DNA of 32,000 bases from Paenarthrobacter sp. Z7-10 (GTDB taxonomy: Bacteria; Actinomycetota; Actinomycetes; Actinomycetales; Micrococcaceae). The notes under the pieces were generated by a model that worked only from the letters and a program-made list of their open reading frames with translations, was not told the DNA's origin and made no database searches. The stretch covers positions 7,993 through 39,992 of the forward strand of contig NZ_JADPVH010000028.1 in NCBI RefSeq assembly GCF_026932795.1, given 5' to 3'. The position numbers were made by a program, and so were the translations under genes. Below are positions 26,105 to 32,000 of the stretch, piece after piece; position 1 is the stretch's first letter; each line of letters begins with the position of its first letter.

Positions 26105-27009
26105 TGCTGTACTCCGCCACCACACCCGCGCAGAAACGGGAAGCGTTCCGCACCGGTCTGGCCTCGGCCGAACTTCAGCAGTTCCCGGGGGCGTTCAATC
26201 CACTCTCCGCCCGGCTGATCCAGGAGAAGGGTTTTGACGGGGTCGATATTTCCGGTGCTGTGCTGGCCAACGATCTGGGTTTGCCTGACATTGGGCTGAC
26301 CACGCTGACCGAGGTGGCCACCCGGGCTGGCCAGATTGCGCGGATGACGGATCTGCCCTGCATCGTTGATGCCGACACCGGCTTCGGCGAACCGATGAAC
26401 GTGGCCCGGAGCATCCAGGAACTGGAGGACGCCGGACTGGCCGGCTGCCATATCGAGGACCAGTTCAACCCGAAACGGTGCGGCCATCTGGACGGCAAGA
26501 ACGTCGTCGACCTGGAAACGGCCACCAAACGCATCCGCGCCGCGGCGGACGCCCGGCGGGATCCCAACTTCCTGATTATGGCCCGCACGGACATCCGCGC
26601 CGTGGAGGGGCTGCAGGCCGCCCAGGACCGGGCACGGGCCCTGGTGGACGCCGGAGCGGACGCCATTTTTCCCGAAGCGATGAAGAGCCTGGCCGAGTTC
26701 CAGGCCATTCGGGACGCCGTGGAAGTCCCGATTCTGGCGAATATGACGGAGTTCGGTCAGAGCGGACTGTTCACCACCGCACAGCTGTCCTCGGTGGGAG
26801 TGAATATGGTCATCTATCCGGTGACACTGCTGCGCAGCGCGATGGGAGCCGCCGAGCGGACTCTGGACGCCATCCGGGCGGAGGGAACGCAGGAATCCGC
26901 GGTCCCGCAGATGCTGACCCGTGCACGTTTATATGAATTGGTGGATTATGAGGCGTACAACCATTTTGATACATCCGTTTTCAATTTTCCGGTCCCCGGC
27001 AAGCACTGA
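26104..27009 (+). CDS. prpB: Methylisocitrate lyase
   Basis: PCIVDADTGFG and the KRCGHLDGK active-site loop. The start overlaps the prpD stop (TGATG). Confidence 0.93.
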   Translation: MLYSATTPAQKREAFRTGLASAELQQFPGAFNPLSARLIQEKGFDGVDISGAVLANDLGLPDIGLTTLTEVATRAGQIARMTDLPCIVDADTGFGEPMNVARSIQELEDAGLAGCHIEDQFNPKRCGHLDGKNVVDLETATKRIRAAADARRDPNFLIMARTDIRAVEGLQAAQDRARALVDAGADAIFPEAMKSLAEFQAIRDAVEVPILANMTEFGQSGLFTTAQLSSVGVNMVIYPVTLLRSAMGAAERTLDAIRAEGTQESAVPQMLTRARLYELVDYEAYNHFDTSVFNFPVPGKH

Positions 27010-27018
27010 AGGAGCGTC

Positions 27019-28170
27019 ATGACACCAACATCCGAAGCCACAGGAACCGAAATCCACAAGGGGCTCGACGGCGTTGTCGTTGACAGCACCGCGGTTTCAA
27101 AGGTGAATCCGGAGACAAATTCACTGCTGTACCGGGGCTATCCGGTGCAGCAGCTGGCGGCCAAGTGCAGCTTTGAGGAGGTCGCCTATCTGCTCTGGCA
27201 CGGCGAACTGCCGACGACGGAGCAGCTGGCCGGGTTCGAAAAGGCCGAGCGTGACGGCCGTGGGCTCGAGCGCGCCGTCAAGGCAACGATCGACCTGCTG
27301 CCCATCACCACCCACCCGATGGATGTCTGCCGGACGGCGGCCTCGGTGCTCGGCGCCACCCACCCCCAGGCGGAGGAGAACTCCCGCGAAGCCAACCTGA
27401 AAAAGTCCATTGACCTGCTGGCCGCGATGCCCGCCGTCGTCGCTTACGACCAGCGCCGGCGCCGCGGCGAAGAGGAGGTCCCGGCCCGCGATGACCTGGG
27501 CTACAGCGCGAATTTCCTTTACATGACCTTCGGCCAGGAGGCGGCACCGGAGGTGGTGGAGGCATTCAACGTCTCGATGATCCTCTATGCCGAGCACTCC
27601 TTCAACGCCTCCACCTTCACCGCCCGGGTGATCACCTCGACCCTGGCGGATCTGCACTCGGCCGTCACAGGCGCGATCGGCGCCCTGAAGGGTGCCCTGC
27701 ACGGCGGCGCCAACGAGGCCGTGATGCACACCTTCGAACAGATCACCAGGGACGCCAAGGGTGCGGATCCGGCCGAATCGGCCAAGTCCTGGCTGGATGC
27801 AGCGCTCGCCGCGAAGAAGAAGATCATGGGCTTTGGCCACCGGGTTTACAAGAACGGTGACTCCCGCGTTCCGACCATGAAGGCGTCGCTGGACAAGATG
27901 GTGGAACACTACAACCGACCCGATCTGGGCCATTTGTATGACGCGCTGGAATCCGCAATGGGCGAAGCCAAGAACATCAAGCCCAACCTGGACTATCCCA
28001 CCGGGCCGCTGTATCACCTGATGGGTTTCGACACCCAGATGTTCACTCCGCTCTTTGTGGCGAGCCGGATCACCGGCTGGACGGCGCACATCATGGAGCA
28101 GTTGGAAGCCAATTCGCTGATCCGGCCACTGAGCGTGTATAACGGTGCTCCCGAGCGGGACGTGCCGTAA
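27019..28170 (+). CDS. prpC: 2-methylcitrate synthase / citrate synthase family
   Basis: LYAEHSFNAST and GFGHRVYKNGDSR motifs; 383 aa; RBS gaaggag. Confidence 0.92.
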   Translation: MTPTSEATGTEIHKGLDGVVVDSTAVSKVNPETNSLLYRGYPVQQLAAKCSFEEVAYLLWHGELPTTEQLAGFEKAERDGRGLERAVKATIDLLPITTHPMDVCRTAASVLGATHPQAEENSREANLKKSIDLLAAMPAVVAYDQRRRRGEEEVPARDDLGYSANFLYMTFGQEAAPEVVEAFNVSMILYAEHSFNASTFTARVITSTLADLHSAVTGAIGALKGALHGGANEAVMHTFEQITRDAKGADPAESAKSWLDAALAAKKKIMGFGHRVYKNGDSRVPTMKASLDKMVEHYNRPDLGHLYDALESAMGEAKNIKPNLDYPTGPLYHLMGFDTQMFTPLFVASRITGWTAHIMEQLEANSLIRPLSVYNGAPERDVP

Positions 28171-28178
28171 CAGACGCC

Positions 28179-28224
28179 GGAGCTGAATGCGGCCCGGCCT
28201 GTCCGCCGGACCGCATTCAGCTCC
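28179..28224. terminator. Strong hairpin between convergent prpC and the NUDIX gene (bidirectional terminator)
   Basis: ggagctgaatgcgg (28179-28192) pairs with ccgcattcagctcc (28211-28224). After one mismatch, five more base pairs form (ccggc/gccgg). Confidence 0.8.
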
Positions 28225-28724
28225 TAAGTCAGTGCAGCGGGTGACCACACCGCCGCAATGGAGTCCGCCACGGTTTCGTTGTCATCATTGAGCACCACCC
28301 GTACGGCCAATCGTTCCCCGGTCAGCATGGCCGGGAGCCAGTGCTGAGCATCGGCCCACATCCGCTGGTGCGGCAGGACCGCCACCGGGTGCCATTCGGG
28401 CGCAATCTCGTCGCTCTCGGTGGCTTCCCCGTTGAAGGTCCGGGCTAGGAAGATCGTGGCGAACATGTTCCATTCGGTCTTCGCCGGAAAAACGAACTCC
28501 ACCGTCCCCGCGGGAATTAGATCCGCCGGGAGTACCAGCACGCCCACTTCTTCGGCCACCTCGCGGCAAACCGCCTGCTCCGGGCTCTCCCCCAGCTCCA
28601 GGTGGCCACCAATGCCCACGATCTTTCCGGTGCCAAATCCCGCTTTCTTCAGGCCCAGCAGGACCTCCGGACCCTGAGTGGAATCCCGGACCAGGAAGCA
28701 CAGTGTCACAGCGGCTGCTCTCAT
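28224..28724 (-). CDS. NUDIX hydrolase
   Basis: Nudix box GGHLELGESPEQAVCREVAEEVG (GX5EX7REUXEEXGU); 166 aa. Confidence 0.88.
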   Translation of the reverse strand: MRAAAVTLCFLVRDSTQGPEVLLGLKKAGFGTGKIVGIGGHLELGESPEQAVCREVAEEVGVLVLPADLIPAGTVEFVFPAKTEWNMFATIFLARTFNGEATESDEIAPEWHPVAVLPHQRMWADAQHWLPAMLTGERLAVRVVLNDDNETVADSIAAVWSPAALT

Positions 28725-28769
28725 TCCCCCAGCCTACGGTCCCTGGCCGATCAGCAGCCCGCGCAGCAA

Positions 28770-29750
28770 CTAAAAGTGCCATGGCCGCATTGGCTGACCG
28801 GGCTTCCCCAAAAGCTCGGTTTCCATCGTGCAAACGCTCTCGACTGCACAGCCGCTGGTCGGTATCCCATCGCTGATGGGGCGTGCGCCACCGTGCGCGG
28901 CTATGGCTCCACTGCGCAGGGTCCCCGGTGGGGGCATCCGCAGGGTCAGGGGCGTGGGCATCCGCAGGGTCAGGGGCGCGGAGGAAAAACCCTCGGCGTC
29001 CCGGGAAAATTGTTCCTGGCCATCCAGGGGCCAGACGCTCTTCAGGTCCGAGGCTCCCAAAACCAGCAGGGCGGCAGTTTCGGCCATGGCAAGCACCGGC
29101 CATGCGCTCCGGTGCGCGCTGGCGGGAGGGACTCCTCCTCCCGCTCCAGAGGCGTGCTCGTCGGTAAAGATAGTGGCATTGTCCGCAATTTTTTTCAAGA
29201 TCCGGCGTCCGAGCAGGACGTCCTCGGCCGCCGCAGCGGCGCCGCAACCGTGCGCCGGGTCGATGGCCTGCAGTTCAGAGACTGTCGGAAAGCCGCAACC
29301 AACCGCAGAGTCCGCCGCTGTGCTGCCACCCGCACGGGCCACCGCGTAGGCCCGCCGGGCCAGCCGAAGCCGCCACTGGACGCGCCACCGGTTCTGATCG
29401 AGAAGGCCGGATATTTCGGGGATGCGCAGCCCGTCCCAAAGTGCCAGCATCAATATCTCGCGGTCGCTGCCCCGCAACGAGGCAAAAGCCACGGCGGCCG
29501 CAGAACCACCAAATGCTGTCCGCTCCGGTCCCGCAGCCCCGCTGAGCAGCAGCGACCGGGCCCATTTGAGCTGCGGCACTAACCGATAGGAGTCCGGCTG
29601 CCAGCCAATTTGCTGAGCGAGCCGGCAAATGGTCTCGGCTGCCCGCCGCGACTGCGATTCCGTGGCCAAACGCCGCCGGAAAAAACCGAGCACAGGCAGG
29701 AAGTTCGCCAGTTCCCTGACGGAAAAATCATTCTCCAGTTCTGCCAGCAT
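28770..29750 (-). CDS. ECF-sigma-like paralog B, truncated form lacking the ectodomain (possibly decaying)
   Basis: MLAELENDFSVRELANFLPVLGFFRRRL...; sigma-4-like LRGSDREILMLALWDGLRIPEISGLLDQNRWRVQWRLRLARRAY; shared segment IDPAHGCG...LLGRRILKKI; weak hydrophobic stretch WPVLAMAETAALLVLGA; then only about 85 aa including a duplicated PLTLRMP. Confidence 0.6.
   Translation of the reverse strand: MLAELENDFSVRELANFLPVLGFFRRRLATESQSRRAAETICRLAQQIGWQPDSYRLVPQLKWARSLLLSGAAGPERTAFGGSAAAVAFASLRGSDREILMLALWDGLRIPEISGLLDQNRWRVQWRLRLARRAYAVARAGGSTAADSAVGCGFPTVSELQAIDPAHGCGAAAAAEDVLLGRRILKKIADNATIFTDEHASGAGGGVPPASAHRSAWPVLAMAETAALLVLGASDLKSVWPLDGQEQFSRDAEGFSSAPLTLRMPTPLTLRMPPPGTLRSGAIAAHGGARPISDGIPTSGCAVESVCTMETELLGKPGQPMRPWHF
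28932..28979 (-). repeat. Two in-frame tandem copies of a 24-bp unit
   Basis: gggcatccgcagggtcaggggcgt (28932-28955) and gggcatccgcagggtcaggggcgc (28956-28979). On the minus strand they encode PLTLRMPTPLTLRMPP. Confidence 0.9.
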
Positions 29751-29794
29751 GATTCCTGCTTCCGAGCCGACACCCTACCTATAGGGTAGCGCCG

Positions 29795-31660
29795 TCAGGG
29801 ACCGTTGCCCACAAGCTTTTCGCGCAGTGCCACCGGTATCCCGGCGGCTTCGAAGTTGCGGTCCATCCATTGGCCGGAAGTCTGGCCGGCGGCCGCGGTA
29901 CGGTCCATCAGCTCAGCCCAGCCCAGTACCTGCGCGGACGGTAACTCCGGGTCGTACATGTAGCCGACGCCATCTTGTTTCGCGAAATAAATCAGCTTGG
30001 GCCGTGCTGGGGCGGATTGATACGTGGCCCGGAAGGCCATCCATTCATCGGCGCACCCCAACACCACAAAATAATCCGGATGGTCCTCGTAGGTTGTGTC
30101 ATTGTTCGGCCCGCGCACATTGGAAATCTCGCAGGCTGGTTTACCCGTTGAAGGATTCATAACGATGGTGCGCACTGGCGTTGGTACGGATTTGATCCGC
30201 AGGGAGGTCATCATGCGTTTGGTGTTGGCGTAGTCCGTGGTGGCCTGATAAGCGCGAGCCTGCGCCATATTGTGGAAAAAGAGTCCGGCGGGCGACCCCC
30301 CGCCACTGCTGGCCCGTCCCGGATAGGGCAGCTCCTCCTGCCCACCGAAGGCAACGTAGAGCAGGCCTCCCGCGCCCTGCTGCTGGACAATGTCCGGCTC
30401 GGTGCAGCCGGCAGAGTGTAGGGCAAACGATCCGTCGCTTATTCCGAGTGTGGAGCGTACTGGAGTTCCGTCCAGCACCTGGTAACGGAAGGTGGGAACG
30501 TTGCCGGGCCGCGCCGGGTTCAGTCCAGGGACGGGGATCGAGTCCAGACTGACCGACCGCCCCTGTTCCTTGGGATCCAGGGAACAGGTACTCGGGACGT
30601 CAGCCCGGCTGCCAAGATTCAGAACACCCTTGACGGCGCCATTCCGGTCCATTACCTGCGCATACAACGTGGATCGGTTTCCCCGCGTGGTCGACACCGA
30701 GTTGACCGTCCACGTGGGCGCCAGCTCAAAGGACACCGATGTGTTTAGTGCCTCAAACCGGGACCAGTGCTCAAACGGGCCGTAGGTCCTGGAGGTTGTC
30801 GGTTCCGTAAATGACGGCGGGCTGCCGCCGGACAACCGCACCGTGGGTTGCGGCGGCGTGGTCGGTGGCGGGGAATTGAGGCTGACGCCGGCCACCAGCG
30901 CGGTCGCGGCGGCGGCGACAAGCACCAACCCGGCCACCGCAGGCCGGGAACTGCGGCGGCGCCGGGAACCGGGCCTGCCGGTGCGTGTGCTGGGCTTCCG
31001 GAAGCGGGCTTGAACGCCGGCACCGCCGCTGACGCTGACACTGTCGCCGTCACTGACACTGCCACCGTCGCTGTCGCTTTCGCTGTCGCTGATAAGCAAG
31101 CCTTCGTCGCTGATCCGGCGCAGGACTCGAAGGCACAGTGCCTCCTCCGCTCGGTGCTCCCGGTGCAGCGGGTCCAACCTGGACATTGCGGCGGGGTCCA
31201 GCCCCAGCGCTGCCGCCAGTGTGGTGGTGGCAGCGCGCAGCCGCCGGTTTATCCGGCGGGAGGCACTTCCTGTTACCTCTGCAATCTCCTGGCAGCTGAG
31301 CCCATCCCAGTAGGCCAGCACAAGCAGTTCGCGATCACCAGGACTGAGACCACGCCAGCGGCGGTCCTGGTCCGTGCCGCCGGGAAAAGGAAGGATATCG
31401 GCGTGATGGGCACCCGGTTCCAGCTCCTCCTTCCAGAGCAGGTGGCTGTGGCGCAGAAGCAACAGGTCATTGACTTCTGCAGTTCCATCCTGGAACCAGT
31501 CGGCGAATGCCGCCCGGAAGACGGTCTTTGTGGCGTCCTCCGGCGGGGCGCCCGGAGCCAATCGCCGGCTGAAATAGCCGTTGACCTTATGAAAACTGGC
31601 TTGGTGCAGGCCTGCGAAGTCCACCGGAGTTGCCATCTCGCCAACTGGCTCCGCGCGCAT
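29795..31660 (-). CDS. ECF-sigma-like domain / single TM / large extracytoplasmic domain protein (paralog C)
   Basis: Sigma-2-like FHKVNGYFSRRL...PEDATKTVFRAAF. Sigma-4 HTH LSPGDRELLVLAYWDGLSCQEIAEVTGSASRRINRRLRAA. An Asp/Ser-rich then Arg-rich linker, TM AVAGLVLVAAAATALVAGV, a Pro-rich stalk, an ectodomain with TKRMMTSL, and an extra 129-aa C-terminal module. The start is uncertain (ATG 31660 chosen; ATG 31636 and TTG 31666 are alternatives). Confidence 0.7.
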   Translation of the reverse strand: MRAEPVGEMATPVDFAGLHQASFHKVNGYFSRRLAPGAPPEDATKTVFRAAFADWFQDGTAEVNDLLLLRHSHLLWKEELEPGAHHADILPFPGGTDQDRRWRGLSPGDRELLVLAYWDGLSCQEIAEVTGSASRRINRRLRAATTTLAAALGLDPAAMSRLDPLHREHRAEEALCLRVLRRISDEGLLISDSESDSDGGSVSDGDSVSVSGGAGVQARFRKPSTRTGRPGSRRRRSSRPAVAGLVLVAAAATALVAGVSLNSPPPTTPPQPTVRLSGGSPPSFTEPTTSRTYGPFEHWSRFEALNTSVSFELAPTWTVNSVSTTRGNRSTLYAQVMDRNGAVKGVLNLGSRADVPSTCSLDPKEQGRSVSLDSIPVPGLNPARPGNVPTFRYQVLDGTPVRSTLGISDGSFALHSAGCTEPDIVQQQGAGGLLYVAFGGQEELPYPGRASSGGGSPAGLFFHNMAQARAYQATTDYANTKRMMTSLRIKSVPTPVRTIVMNPSTGKPACEISNVRGPNNDTTYEDHPDYFVVLGCADEWMAFRATYQSAPARPKLIYFAKQDGVGYMYDPELPSAQVLGWAELMDRTAAAGQTSGQWMDRNFEAAGIPVALREKLVGNGP

Positions 31661-31771
31661 GCTCAACCCCGATCGTCGTCGAACCTTTCTCCATCATTGT
31701 CACGCACCCGGCTGCGGTTTGGTTCCCACCAACGCCTGGGACCGCGCAGGGGATACACCGAAAGCATGAAC

Positions 31772-32000
31772 TCAGCGATGGCCGGTTCCGGCGGCTAACC
31801 CCGCGGAGCCGGTGGACTGTGGAACGAGCTTCAGCGACACCAGCATCCGTTTAAAGTCCTGGTATTCAGCGCTTTGCATATACCACTCGGCCTGGTCCAC
31901 GGTGTCGAACGTGTGCAGCGACGGACCAAGTCCCTGGGCCGCAGCCGCGGCGGGGACAGGTTGCAGGATCTGCTGGTCGGCGAACGAGAAATAGGAAGCC
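31772..32000 (-). CDS. C-terminal fragment of a fourth paralog (D) of the sigma-like membrane protein family; the N-terminus lies outside the window
   Basis: Open-ended minus-strand frame that is not in the ORF track. It reads ...SLHTFDTVDQAEWYMQSAEYQDFKRMLVSLKLVPQSTGSAGLAAGTGHR*, with the stop at 31772-31774. This aligns with HVFDSLDGARVFMHSEEYLFLKRMMTSLNVVPS (paralog A) and FFHNMAQARAYQATTDYANTKRMMTSLRIKSVP (paralog C). Confidence 0.55.
   Translation of the reverse strand, partial: ASYFSFADQQILQPVPAAAAAQGLGPSLHTFDTVDQAEWYMQSAEYQDFKRMLVSLKLVPQSTGSAGLAAGTGHR

Noticed and set aside
25196-28248. Minus-strand ORFs 25196..26125, 25777..26487, 26175..26708 and 27121..28248 opposite prpD, prpB and prpC
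   Set aside because: The plus frames encode unmistakable PrpD, PrpB and PrpC motifs. The antisense ORFs are GC-bias artefacts.
5168-28979. Whether the 15-bp and 24-bp tandem repeats (hypB, permease, ATPase, paralog B) could be CRISPR or minisatellite-type non-coding arrays
   Set aside because: All are directly tandem with no spacers, keep the reading frame of well-supported genes, and encode peptide repeats. No cas genes are present.
28285-29582. Competing ORFs 28285..29247 (minus) and 28602..29582 (plus, 326 aa) overlapping the NUDIX gene and paralog B
   Set aside because: The chosen frames have a Nudix box and sigma-4-like/paralog homology. The competitors are Arg/Gly/Pro-rich and match nothing else in the window.
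29778-29785. Palindrome CCTATAGG between paralogs C and B as a promoter or operator
   Set aside because: It is a single 8-bp site with no second copy and only a loose resemblance to a -10 element. That is insufficient evidence.
30848-31798. 316-aa plus-strand ORF opposite paralog C, and plus-strand ORFs 22290..22865, 22669..23430 and 22829..23314 opposite paralog A
   Set aside because: The minus-strand frames are mutually homologous across four genes, which antisense artefacts would not be.
31812-31994. 60-aa plus-strand ORF at the right edge
   Set aside because: The opposite strand carries an open frame whose product aligns with the conserved C-terminal motif of the paralog family, so the minus strand is the better call.

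Overview
GC-rich, gene-dense chromosomal window that looks actinobacterial (Micrococcales-like is only a guess). I recognised no rRNA, tRNA, CRISPR array, transposase or integrase. Gene order, left to right: (1) a partial ParA/Soj ATPase (minus strand). (2) An ABC ATPase followed by a 556-aa polytopic membrane protein. (3) A roughly 10-kb single-direction operon for a group 1h/5 'high-affinity' [NiFe]-hydrogenase: HoxN-type nickel permease, hypA, hypB, small subunit, large subunit, a NifU/Rieske-like HhyE-type protein, three translationally coupled unknowns, a 39-aa membrane micro-ORF, the endopeptidase and hypC. (4) A convergent unknown gene with an internal HypC-like motif. (5) A Fec/Btu-type ABC importer (binding protein, permease, ATPase) with in-frame tandem repeats. 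(6) dctA, with a divergent DcuS/CitA-type sensor kinase and DcuR/CitB-type response regulator. (7) A GntR regulator with the prpD-prpB-prpC methylcitrate operon. (8) A NUDIX hydrolase. (9) Four paralogous genes, three of them in tandem, encoding an ECF-sigma-like cytoplasmic domain joined through one transmembrane helix to an extracytoplasmic domain I cannot place. The best candidates for undescribed biology are the sigma-like membrane protein family and the coupled unknown genes inside the hydrogenase operon. All calls come from reading the supplied translations and the DNA. No searches were run.
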